Of a DNA stretch of 62,421 nt, positions 47,747 through 57,462 are shown piece by piece (the first letter of the stretch is position 1; each line of letters opens with the position of its first letter). The notes beneath the pieces are model-generated. The model made no database searches and was not told the origin of the DNA. It worked only from the letters and a program-made list of their open reading frames with translations. The stretch comes from an uncultured Lachnospiraceae bacterium (GTDB lineage: Bacteria; Bacillota; Clostridia; Oscillospirales; CAG-272), in the NCBI GenBank assembly GCA_964603455.1, contig CAZRVL010000005.1, positions 1 to 62,421 on the forward strand, in the 5' to 3' direction. The translations under genes were made by a program, and so were the position numbers.

Positions 47747-50703
47747 ATTTTCTCCTGTATTTCGGAAAGGACATAGCATTCTACTATCGAATTATATGCC
47801 TTGTCAACCACTTCGATATAAACTCTGTCACCCGTGAAATCCGACAGATCGAATATAACGATACATTCGGCTTCAGAAGTCACTTCGACAAGACGAAATT
47901 CGTCCTTATCACTTTCCGAAAGCTTTATATACTGCAATTCATTCTCGTCCGAAGCCTTAATTTTAAGTATCTTTTTATCCGCATCATAAACAGCCTCACT
48001 CAAAGTCGGAGCTTTTGTGTCTATTACCGCTGTATATGTCAATGTCTGAGATTCATCGTAATAATCTAACTTAAAGGTATAATTCAACGTATACGCTCCA
48101 TCCGGCAGCTTATATCGGCTGTTTGATCCGTCACTTCCGTCCCAACACAGCATCGGCGCACGCAGATCTGGAACCCCTTCACTTTTTGTATGATATGAGC
48201 TTATGTAAAGATAATATACCTCATTGCCGGAACTATCCTTTACCGACAGCTCTCCCGACACGGCATTTCTCAGAAGCTCGGTTCTAAGCCATAAAACATC
48301 TCCCGCACCGTTTTGATCGGGCGAAAACGCGATAAGTCCGCGCTCTTTTTCGTCTGTAAAGAAATTAATTCCGGCTTCTAAAAGTATTCCCGAAACATCC
48401 GTCAGAAGATATGTTCCGCCAAACACAGCCTTACCGCTTTCGGGTGAATAATCGAGTATCGGCGTATCGCTCCAATCGCCGATATATCCCATATACGGCA
48501 TCGAATAGTCATAATTCTCGGTCGAGCAGTATATGAACCCTTCGGCAAATCTTCCGTTCGTGAATATTTCGGAAAGCAGTGCATCATATTCGCTGTCTAT
48601 CTCGAAATCGAGCGTTACCGTCCTACTTTCATAAGGTTCAATTACAAGCTCGAATGCTTCGAAATCCTCAGCATTCATATTTATATTTAAGGCTTTGTCG
48701 CAAATAATTTTCGAATATACATCAGCTTCCGATATGAGTGTCGAATAAAATACATTGTCGGTCTCGGTATACCCATCGGAAGTGAGTGAAGCGTACAGAT
48801 TTAACTCAAGCTCGGAATCTGTCAAATTCTTCAGCGTTATGTCAAATGAAAATTTGTTTTTTAAAAGGTCAAACAGCTCTGCCTTCGCACTTTTACTTTT
48901 CGAATACGTTATTGATAGCTCGCGATCTATTGCCTTATTTATATTCACAAGTCCTGCGCCCTGTCTTCGCGGAGAATATTCAATACCATTCTCCTGCAAT
49001 ATCGGTTCTGCCGTATTCATCAGGATCTCTTTTATAATACCGACTCTCTCCGAACGGAGCATATTATATCCGAGCTTTTGAGAGAGCAGCGCACATACTC
49101 CAGAGATCTGCGGAGCCGCCATAGATGTGCCCGAAAGACCTCCGTAGCCATCAACTATACTGCTGTATATTCCGCCTCCGACACCGCATATGTCAAGTCC
49201 GATCGTCAGAGATGGTGTAGCACCATATGAGCTGAAATCCGAAACCTTCCACGCATTCGAAGCATTTTCAACAACTATAAAATCATTTGAAAATTCAAGT
49301 CGCTTGAGCTTTGCATTTTTTAATATCTCGCCGCTCTCCTTTGTTATCGAAATTGCAGGTACAGCAGCTCCGCTCAGCTCCATGCTCATAGTTTCATTTT
49401 CAATATTATTGCATACTATCATTCCGACGGCACCATGCTCAGCAGCTATGTTTGCCTTTTCAACGAATGTCAGCTCACCGCGCTCAGCAAGCACTAATTT
49501 ATCGCTTGCGTTTATTCCGTCATAATCCTCATAATTACCAACGCCGGGAATGACAACATACTGCCAATATCCCGAAAATCGAGTCGGAAATGTTGAATTT
49601 AATACCCTTCCGGCTTTGTTCGTGTCGCTGTAATATATTCTTTCATCTCCGCAAAGAAAATATTCTCCCCAAACAGCATTGCTGTCAACACTTCCGACCG
49701 CAAAGGTATAGTTTGCAGAAGCAGGATAGCTCAGCGTTCCGTAATCGGTGTAGTCAGCCGGGGGAAGAATCGTATCCGCATCAGATACTCCGCGTGCCGC
49801 AGAATACGCTTCGTTTCCGGCAGCGCAAACTATCATACAGCCATAGCTTTCAGCACGCTCGAACAAATTGCCGAGTCCATTTATCATCTGCTTTTCAGCC
49901 GAGCCCGAATAACGTCCGAGTGAAAGATTTATCACATCCGCGCCGAGCCTTACCGCATCCTCAAGTGCTGCGATCAGCGCGAAATCTGTAGTAGTTCCGT
50001 CTTCACCAAACACCTTCATCAAAAGCAACTGACATTTCGGCGCAACACCTTCGAATTTTCCATACGCACCGATTATTCCGGCAACATGAGTGCCGTGATC
50101 CGAGCCGTTCGATACATCCGTATCACTTTCGGAATAATCGTATGCGAACGGTATCCTGTCGCTTATGTAAAGCTGACCTTCGGTTACATTCCCTCTTACA
50201 GCCGAGAGTTTAAAATTTTTGACAAGTGAAGCAAGATATTCCTTTGTCAGCTTTACAGCTCCCGGTGGATTCGAAAACGCTGTATGGTCTATATCGAAGC
50301 CCGAATCGATCACAGCTATGATCGTTCCGCTGCCATCAAGTCCATTTTCACGTGCTTTATCGACCCCGATCATACTGTTCGGCTGTGCAGAAAGCTCTGA
50401 TACAATATCGGTCTCACAAATCTCATAAGTTCCAGACACAGCCGCTCCCGACACAAATTCCAATGTTCCGAGCATAAGGTATTGAGTCATAGTCAGCTCG
50501 ACCGAAAAACCGTTCATCAGAGTGTCATACACATAGTGTAATTTTGAGTTCGGAAAACGTTCGAGAAGAATATCTGCACATACATCAGGCGGATATTCCG
50601 CCACAGTCTCGACAACAACATCGACCCGCTCCTCCTGTGCATATATCGGAAGGATGCTCATCAAAATTCCGGTAATGAGCAACGGTATTATTCTTTTTTT
50701 CAT
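47743..50703 (-). CDS. Secreted S8 serine peptidase (lactocepin / C5a-peptidase-like)
   Basis: Signal peptide; I9-like prodomain YVYDTLMNGFS; IAVIDSG, DHGTHVAG, CAAGN, SGTSMAAP; PA domain; SPRRQGAG. Confidence 0.9.
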   Translation of the reverse strand: MKKRIIPLLITGILMSILPIYAQEERVDVVVETVAEYPPDVCADILLERFPNSKLHYVYDTLMNGFSVELTMTQYLMLGTLEFVSGAAVSGTYEICETDIVSELSAQPNSMIGVDKARENGLDGSGTIIAVIDSGFDIDHTAFSNPPGAVKLTKEYLASLVKNFKLSAVRGNVTEGQLYISDRIPFAYDYSESDTDVSNGSDHGTHVAGIIGAYGKFEGVAPKCQLLLMKVFGEDGTTTDFALIAALEDAVRLGADVINLSLGRYSGSAEKQMINGLGNLFERAESYGCMIVCAAGNEAYSAARGVSDADTILPPADYTDYGTLSYPASANYTFAVGSVDSNAVWGEYFLCGDERIYYSDTNKAGRVLNSTFPTRFSGYWQYVVIPGVGNYEDYDGINASDKLVLAERGELTFVEKANIAAEHGAVGMIVCNNIENETMSMELSGAAVPAISITKESGEILKNAKLKRLEFSNDFIVVENASNAWKVSDFSSYGATPSLTIGLDICGVGGGIYSSIVDGYGGLSGTSMAAPQISGVCALLSQKLGYNMLRSERVGIIKEILMNTAEPILQENGIEYSPRRQGAGLVNINKAIDRELSITYSKSKSAKAELFDLLKNKFSFDITLKNLTDSELELNLYASLTSDGYTETDNVFYSTLISEADVYSKIICDKALNINMNAEDFEAFELVIEPYESRTVTLDFEIDSEYDALLSEIFTNGRFAEGFIYCSTENYDYSMPYMGYIGDWSDTPILDYSPESGKAVFGGTYLLTDVSGILLEAGINFFTDEKERGLIAFSPDQNGAGDVLWLRTELLRNAVSGELSVKDSSGNEVYYLYISSYHTKSEGVPDLRAPMLCWDGSDGSNSRYKLPDGAYTLNYTFKLDYYDESQTLTYTAVIDTKAPTLSEAVYDADKKILKIKASDENELQYIKLSESDKDEFRLVEVTSEAECIVIFDLSDFTGDRVYIEVVDKAYNSIVECYVLSEIQEKI

Positions 50704-50795
50704 TTTATTCCGCTTTCTTTATAATACAAAGCACAATTCCGATACGTTAAGTCAGAATTGTGCACAGAGCTAAAAATATTCGTTTATCAGTATTT

Positions 50796-50824
50796 ATTAT
50801 ACATCACGCTTCGAAAAAAGTCAA
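50796..50824 (-). promoter_or_regulatory. sigma-A promoter of the subtilase pair
   Basis: TTGACT-17-TATAAT. Confidence 0.7.
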
Positions 50825-50874
50825 TAGCTTTGGAAAAATATTTGCAAAGGCAAAAATTATTTACAATTTTTAAG

Positions 50875-51954
50875 TCATTCTTCCGATATATCCTTTTTGC
50901 AGGAGCTCCACACCGACAATCCGACGGGAAGTAAAAATAATCCGATCACACCGAACAGCTTAGTTCCGATATACATAGAGATCAGTGTAGCCAGCGGATG
51001 AAGTCCGACCTGTTTTCCGACTATTTTAGGCTCGATTATATTTCTCACGACCGAAATCATCACCCACAATGCGAGCATTCCGAACCCTATGCGAATATCC
51101 TTGCAGAGAAGCTTTATCAAAGCCCACGGAACAATCACAGTTCCCGTTCCGACCACCGGAAGAATATCAAATAAGGATATGAAAAATGCCGAGGCAAACG
51201 GATGCTCTATACGCAAAAGCAGCAGTCCCAATGACAATTCAGAAAAGGTTATCAGCATTATGATAGCATACGAACGAATGTATCTTCCGATAGTTTTAAA
51301 TGAGCTTTTACGTATATTCGATAGCTTTTTTACAAACTTTTCCGGAAGTTTATTTTTTAAAAAAGTAACTATCGTTTCGTAATCCACAGTAAAGAAAAAG
51401 CTCGATATTATCGCAAATATAAGCTGTACAGCAACTCGCGGAATGGCAGCTGCAAAACCCGACAGCTTTGTCAATGCTTTAACTGACAATTCGGATACCG
51501 CATTTCCGATAGAGCTTTTTATAGATGTCAGAAAAGCTTCTATCTTTTCGGAGGATATACTGCCGCTCTGCCCGAATATTCGGTCTATGCCTTCAAGTGC
51601 TCTGTTTATATAGTCAAATACGATCCCGACAGCTGGCTCTATGGTTTTTGCATATAACTGCGGCAGCTCCTTCGAAAATTCTCCTGCCGCAAATATCATA
51701 CGGACTACCATGACAGTTGTGAGCATACCGATAGTTGCGTAAAAAATAAGCAACATAAGTATTCCGAGCGGCTTTGGTTTCATATCGAATTTTTTTGAAA
51801 GAGTACGTATAAACGGATTTACAAGCGAAGCCGCGAAAAATCCAAGAAGAAACGGCATAAATGTCGGAAGGACATATCTAAGTGAAATATACAATATTCC
51901 TACTATAAATGCCACATATACCAAGCCGATTATAAATTCACGCTTTTTCTCCAT
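50875..51954 (-). CDS. ytvI: Sporulation integral membrane protein YtvI (AI-2E family)
   Basis: PFLLG, DILPVVGTG...VPW, RNIIEPKIVGKQVGLHPL. Confidence 0.9.
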   Translation of the reverse strand: MEKKREFIIGLVYVAFIVGILYISLRYVLPTFMPFLLGFFAASLVNPFIRTLSKKFDMKPKPLGILMLLIFYATIGMLTTVMVVRMIFAAGEFSKELPQLYAKTIEPAVGIVFDYINRALEGIDRIFGQSGSISSEKIEAFLTSIKSSIGNAVSELSVKALTKLSGFAAAIPRVAVQLIFAIISSFFFTVDYETIVTFLKNKLPEKFVKKLSNIRKSSFKTIGRYIRSYAIIMLITFSELSLGLLLLRIEHPFASAFFISLFDILPVVGTGTVIVPWALIKLLCKDIRIGFGMLALWVMISVVRNIIEPKIVGKQVGLHPLATLISMYIGTKLFGVIGLFLLPVGLSVWSSCKKDISEE

Positions 51955-52150
51955 ATTTTCCTCCGAATATATACTTAATAAAATAATTATTCACTCGGAG
52001 CGTTCGATTATTCTTGAAGGCAAAAAATCATCCGAAATTCACAATAATGTCACATGGGATTCATGCTGATATGCTATAATTAAGTATTCGAATATCTGTT
52101 AAGGGATACGGATCAAAAACATAGTAAAGAAAGGAAGCTTTGATAAATTT

Positions 52151-53611
52151 ATGTCCAAAGCCAAAAGAAACCGCGAGGCATATCTCGAAAAGCAACAAAA
52201 AAAGCGTGAGCGCGAGGAATTTGCCAAAAAGACAGCAAAGGTCAGAAAAATAACCGCAATCATAACGGTATCTCTCATTGCGGCATTGATAATTCTCCTG
52301 ATAGCCGGAGTCGGAATATATAACCACCGCTTAAACACCGGAGAATATCTCAGAAGCGAAACTGCCGCAAGCTCAAAGAGTATAGATGTGAACGGCGCGA
52401 TGATGAATTACTATTACAACGATGTATACAACTCATTTGTGGATTACTATGGCAGCTACGTTGAATATTACGGTCTAAACACTCTTCAGAGCGCGAAAAC
52501 ACAATATATTTCGGACGATCAGACCTGGTTCGATTATTTTATGTCGGGTGCAAAGTCAAATGTAACCGGATACCTTGCAATGAACGAAGCCGCGTCAGCA
52601 GATAGCATATCGCTCTCAGATGACGAAAAAACAGCTCTCGATAACCGTATAAGCTTTATAGACACCGGGCTTTACGGACGCGGAGTAAAAAGCGCAGATA
52701 TACTCGATTCAAAGCTTATCGAAGCCTTGGCATACAAATATCAGGCATACAAGCAGAGAGAATTTCAGCCGACCTTAGCAGAAATCACCGAAAGATATGC
52801 TAATGACCCGCGTATGTACCAGTATGTAGATTATATCTATTATGAGTTTGACTGGTCCGAGGGACAGATGAACCGAAATACCGTCACAGCTTATTCAGAG
52901 CGTCTTGAAGATGCGGTCAATCTCGAATCCTTCAAAAATATCGTTGCCGAGCTTTTGATGGCTGAATACTCCGATATTACCGACGAAACAGTCGATAGCT
53001 ATGTTGAAAGCTTTATACTGACCGATCAGGCATATACCGAGGGAAAAGAGCTTTCCGAATGGGCATTTTCCGCAAAATCAGGCGATACAACGATAATTAC
53101 GGATGAGAGCACTTCAAAGACCACAGTATATATGCTCATATCGGAAGCGGCTCGTGACGAAAGCAAGACCGCAAACGTTCGACACATACTCTTTACCAAA
53201 GACCGCTGGGGCAGTACTGAAAAAGCTCAAGCCAAGGCCGAAGAGATCCTTGCTGAATTTAAATCTGGCGACATGACCGCAGAAGCTTTTGCGGTGTTGG
53301 CACTTGCATGGACAGAAGATGAGAACACCTGTTACAACGGCGGACTTTATGAAAATCTCGCCGAAGGAATAACCCTCTCGACCTTCAACGACTGGTGCTT
53401 TTTCGGAACGCGCAAGCCGGGTGACTGCGATATTATCGAGACCGAAAACGGCATACACATCGTATATTACGATTCAGACGGACTTAAAAACTGGGAAGCC
53501 GATGTCTCGGACGATATTATAACCGAAAAATTCAATGAATTTAATACGACCATATTAAATGACTATCCGGTCTCATTCGATGACAGTCTGCTCTCGCAGA
53601 TACCGGGATAA
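52151..53611 (+). CDS. Membrane-anchored parvulin-type peptidyl-prolyl isomerase (PrsA/SurA-like)
   Basis: N-terminal TM; NVRHILF, F..LA...TED....NGGL, FNDWCF, GIHIVY. Confidence 0.82.
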   Translation: MSKAKRNREAYLEKQQKKREREEFAKKTAKVRKITAIITVSLIAALIILLIAGVGIYNHRLNTGEYLRSETAASSKSIDVNGAMMNYYYNDVYNSFVDYYGSYVEYYGLNTLQSAKTQYISDDQTWFDYFMSGAKSNVTGYLAMNEAASADSISLSDDEKTALDNRISFIDTGLYGRGVKSADILDSKLIEALAYKYQAYKQREFQPTLAEITERYANDPRMYQYVDYIYYEFDWSEGQMNRNTVTAYSERLEDAVNLESFKNIVAELLMAEYSDITDETVDSYVESFILTDQAYTEGKELSEWAFSAKSGDTTIITDESTSKTTVYMLISEAARDESKTANVRHILFTKDRWGSTEKAQAKAEEILAEFKSGDMTAEAFAVLALAWTEDENTCYNGGLYENLAEGITLSTFNDWCFFGTRKPGDCDIIETENGIHIVYYDSDGLKNWEADVSDDIITEKFNEFNTTILNDYPVSFDDSLLSQIPG

Positions 53612-53615
53612 ATAA

Positions 53616-53648
53616 AAAATGTCCGCAGCTCGCGGACATTTTGCTTTT
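53616..53648 (+). terminator. Intrinsic terminator
   Basis: AAAATGTCCGC-AGCTC-GCGGACATTTT. Confidence 0.75.
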
Positions 53649-53681
53649 AACAGACCTCAGTGTATAATTAAAACAACGATC

Positions 53682-53730
53682 AAACAAAAACAAGCCTTCC
53701 GTATTATGCAGGAAGGCTTGTTTTGTGTTT
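53682..53730 (-). terminator. Terminator after yebC
   Basis: AAAACAAGCCTTCC...GGAAGGCTTGTTTT. Confidence 0.75.
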
Positions 53731-53774
53731 TATGATCTCTAAACCGATCTTATCGGTCTGCGCTTTTAATATAA

Positions 53775-54509
53775 TTATTCGGGCATATTCTCCCAGTTGT
53801 GATAAACCTCGATAACATCATCGTTGTCTTCGAGGTTTTCGAGCAGCTGAGTCATATGCTTAATATCGTCCTCTCCGGTGAGAGTGATATAGGACGATGG
53901 GATCTTGTCGGTATCTGCCGAGGCGATCTTATATCCCTTTGCTTCAAGTGCTTCGCGAACTGCATTAAGGTCATCAGATTCGGTGGTTATCTCGAATATT
54001 CCATCGTCTGCCGAGAAATCCGCTGCTCCGGCTTCGAGTGCATCCTCCATAAGCTTGTCTTCATCGACCTTTTCATCCTCGTTATCGACGACTATGACAC
54101 CCTTTTCCGTGAACATGAAGCTGACGCATCCGGTAGTTCCGAGGTTTCCGCCGAATTTATCGAAATAGTGGCGTACATCTGAAGCTGTACGATTGCGGTT
54201 ATCTGTTGTTGTTTCAACTATTACCGCAACACCGCAAGGACCATAGCCCTCGTATACGATCTCTTCATAATCTGCGCTGTCTGCCGAAGAAGCCTTCTTG
54301 ATTATACGGTCGATATTGTCGTTCGGAACATTGTTGGCTTTAGCCTTTGCGATAAGTGCAGCGAGCTTGGAGTTTGCTACCGGATCAGCTCCGCCTTCCT
54401 TGACTGCAACTGCCATTTCCTTACCTATCTTAGTGAAGATCTTCGCTCTCTGAGCATCGGTCTTCTCCTTTTTGTGCATTATATTTTTCCATTTGCTGTG
54501 TCCTGACAT
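53775..54509 (-). CDS. yebC: YebC/PmpR family protein
   Basis: MSGHSKW, YEGYGP, TDNRNRT, DDV..VYHN. Confidence 0.95.
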   Translation of the reverse strand: MSGHSKWKNIMHKKEKTDAQRAKIFTKIGKEMAVAVKEGGADPVANSKLAALIAKAKANNVPNDNIDRIIKKASSADSADYEEIVYEGYGPCGVAVIVETTTDNRNRTASDVRHYFDKFGGNLGTTGCVSFMFTEKGVIVVDNEDEKVDEDKLMEDALEAGAADFSADDGIFEITTESDDLNAVREALEAKGYKIASADTDKIPSSYITLTGEDDIKHMTQLLENLEDNDDVIEVYHNWENMPE

Positions 54510-54584
54510 TTTATATCCATAGCTTTTGCATGGCAAAAGCATCCTTTCTCTCCTTCGCGGAGCTTAATTTGATCTATGTGAAAA

Positions 54585-56300
54585 TTAAATCTTCTCGGTC
54601 TTCTTCATACAAATGAGTCCGAATGCCGCACCGAGTACATTCTTTGTCGCCGCAGTCAATGCTACACGGAAGTCGCGGACAGTCGGATCGTCTGCCGTGA
54701 TTATCTGGCATTCGTGGTAGAATCTGTTGAATGCCGCGCATACATCGAGAATGTATCTTGTGATCACAGACGGCTCGTACTCTGCGATAGCCGCAAGTAT
54801 TTTTTCGGGGAATATCGAAAGCACCTTGGAGAGCTCGATCTCAGACTCATTCGTGAAGCTCGAAGCTGAAAGCTTTATATCGGGAACTCCGCCCGCCTTA
54901 GATATTATCGAGCAGGTTCTTGCATAGGTATACTGTGCATAAGGACCTGTATTTCCGTCGAAATTGAGCGCATCCTCAAGCACGAAGTTTATGTCCTTTA
55001 TACGGCTGTTCGAGAGATAATAGAAGATTATCGCGCCGACACCGACAGCTTCGGCTACTTCATCGCGATTTTCGAGCGATGAATTTTTCTCCTCGATTAT
55101 TTTTCCGACCTTCTCTATCGATTCCGCAAACAGATCGCGGAGAAGTATGACATTTCCGGTACGTGTCGCGAGCTTAGAACCGTTTATCGACACCGTGCCG
55201 TATGGTACATGCACAAGATCCTTTGCCCAATCATATCCCATCAGCTCAACTACCTTGAACCACTGAGCAAAGTGCAGACTCTGACCTGCCGATGTGACAT
55301 AAATACACTTGTCGAAGTCATATGTTTCTTTTCTGTACTTTGCAGCTGCTATGTCACGAGTCGGGTAGAGGGATGAACCGTCACGCTTCAAAATGAGACA
55401 GGGCGGCATTCCGTATTCTTCAAGATCGACTATCGAAGCACCGTCATCAATCTTGAGCATATCCTTTTCGCGCAGCTCATCAATGATAGCCGGCATCTTG
55501 TCAGAATAGAAGCTCTCGCCGTTATAGCTGTCGAAGGTTATGCCGAGCTGCTTGTAGGTCTTTTGATATTCACGCAGAGAAAGCTCGATAAACCATTTCC
55601 AAAGCTTCATGTTTTCTTCATCGTGATGCTCTAATTTTGTAAATTCGGCTCTTGCACGGTCGTTGAGCGAGGCATCCTTTTCGGCTTCCTCATGGAACTT
55701 GACATAAAGTGCAACAAGTTCATCAACTCCACCGTCTTCGATCTTCTGATGATCACCCCACTCATGATAAGCAACGATCAGCTTTCCGAACTGAGTGCCC
55801 CAGTCGCCGAGATGATTGATACCGACACAGGTATATCCGGCAAATTCATGGAGCATTTTTAATGAATGACCGATAACGGTAGTTCCGAGATGACCGATAT
55901 GGAAAGGCTTTGCAACGTTGGGAGAAGAATAGTCGAGAACGACAGTCTTGCCCTTGCCGAAATCGAACGAACCGTATTTTTCGCCTTTTTCGAGTATCTC
56001 GGGGATAAGCTTTGCGAAATATGACGGGTTTATGCGGATATTGAGATAGCCGCCCGCAGTCGAAGCTTCCCCGATAATATCATCGCTCAGATCTTCTGCA
56101 AGAAGTGCAGCGATGGCAGGGGGGGCTTTTTTCAGCTCCTTCGACAGCTTGAAGCAGGGAAATGCAAGGTCTCCGAGCTTGTCATCCGGTGGATATTCAA
56201 GAAAGCCAGCCAGCTCGTCAGCAGAGAGGGACGGCGACTGAACAAGTGCCGAATACTTTGAAAAGAGTTTATCGGCAATATGTTTTTTGATTGTAAGCAT
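54585..56300 (-). CDS. argS: Arginine--tRNA ligase
   Basis: SSPNVAKPFHIGH, NHLGDWGTQFG, GNTGPYAQY. Confidence 0.96.
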   Translation of the reverse strand: MLTIKKHIADKLFSKYSALVQSPSLSADELAGFLEYPPDDKLGDLAFPCFKLSKELKKAPPAIAALLAEDLSDDIIGEASTAGGYLNIRINPSYFAKLIPEILEKGEKYGSFDFGKGKTVVLDYSSPNVAKPFHIGHLGTTVIGHSLKMLHEFAGYTCVGINHLGDWGTQFGKLIVAYHEWGDHQKIEDGGVDELVALYVKFHEEAEKDASLNDRARAEFTKLEHHDEENMKLWKWFIELSLREYQKTYKQLGITFDSYNGESFYSDKMPAIIDELREKDMLKIDDGASIVDLEEYGMPPCLILKRDGSSLYPTRDIAAAKYRKETYDFDKCIYVTSAGQSLHFAQWFKVVELMGYDWAKDLVHVPYGTVSINGSKLATRTGNVILLRDLFAESIEKVGKIIEEKNSSLENRDEVAEAVGVGAIIFYYLSNSRIKDINFVLEDALNFDGNTGPYAQYTYARTCSIISKAGGVPDIKLSASSFTNESEIELSKVLSIFPEKILAAIAEYEPSVITRYILDVCAAFNRFYHECQIITADDPTVRDFRVALTAATKNVLGAAFGLICMKKTEKI

Positions 56301-56333
56301 GATAATTCCTCTTTATAAATTTATATATTATAT

Positions 56334-56362
56334 ATTATACCACATCCGGCGGAATTTCGCAA
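56334..56362 (-). promoter_or_regulatory. sigma-A promoter of argS
   Basis: TTGCGA-17-TATAAT with TG upstream of the -10. Confidence 0.65.
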
Positions 56363-56394
56363 GGGTATTTTCAACAAAATTTCTGCATACCGGC

Positions 56395-57264
56395 TCATAT
56401 TTCATTGTCGCCCCGAGCCTTGCATTTTATCCGCCATTCACTCGGTGTCATGCCCATCATATCGCGAAATATACGATTGAAGCTCCGCTGTGACTGAAAT
56501 CCACATTCAAGGGCAATGTCAGTTATCGCTTTGTCGCTAAGCTTAAGCATATTCCGCGCATATGTCATCCGTTCGGAATGTAGAAATTCGGGAAAACTCA
56601 TTTTGATATAATGCGATACGAGCCTTGATATTTGACTTCGGCTGAGTCCGACTGCCGCAGAGAGCTTGTCCATTGAAAGCTCGGGATCGTTTATATTTTT
56701 CGAGCAGTATTCTATTATCCGCTGTATGCTGCAAACTCCGGGTGAATTTTTCGGAGTCAATTTAATATTTTCGAGAAGCTCACCAACAGCTACACTGAGC
56801 ATTGTCAATATCGTCTCACATGGAAGTATATATTTTTCAAAAGCTTTATCGTAAATATTGTCTCCAGAGCCCTGCCCGTAATGCTTTTCCCTCTCGAAAT
56901 TGAACATCCAAAGTTGTGCTATACGAATAAGAAACTCACCGTATCCCGGCATATTCGATACATTCACTACCGGATATTCACTTCGATTGAACATGAGCTT
57001 GTTTCCGATCGCTCCGATATGCTCCGGCGAAAATATCGCGATCATTATCGTGTTCTCACCTATATATTCATATTTGTGTTCCTCAAACGGAAAGGCGAGC
57101 CAAACATCACCGGTCTTTAGATCATATTGCTTATCCTTAAGTTTGATCCGATAGCTCCCTTCTATCACATATATAAGCTCAGCTTCATAATGAAAGTGAT
57201 TGTGATATGAACCCTGGTGCTTTATCAGGATCACTGGATCGTTGTGCATAAAAAATACCGGCAT
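56395..57264 (-). CDS. AraC-family transcriptional regulator
   Basis: HFHYEAEL cupin; IALECGFQSQRSFNRIF....TP. Confidence 0.92.
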   Translation of the reverse strand: MPVFFMHNDPVILIKHQGSYHNHFHYEAELIYVIEGSYRIKLKDKQYDLKTGDVWLAFPFEEHKYEYIGENTIMIAIFSPEHIGAIGNKLMFNRSEYPVVNVSNMPGYGEFLIRIAQLWMFNFEREKHYGQGSGDNIYDKAFEKYILPCETILTMLSVAVGELLENIKLTPKNSPGVCSIQRIIEYCSKNINDPELSMDKLSAAVGLSRSQISRLVSHYIKMSFPEFLHSERMTYARNMLKLSDKAITDIALECGFQSQRSFNRIFRDMMGMTPSEWRIKCKARGDNEI

Positions 57265-57462
57265 TTATATGTCTCTCCCTTCAAAACATCTGTAAATATA
57301 TTATATCATATGCAAGATGAAATGTCCATATTTTTTCGAAAAAATATGTGTATTTTTTTTTGAAATGCGACATTTTGTCTATATTCTGCTTCAATTGTTC
57401 TTTTAATTTCTCACGAATTATGATATAATAAAGGCAGATAAATTTTTTGGGAGGATATTACA

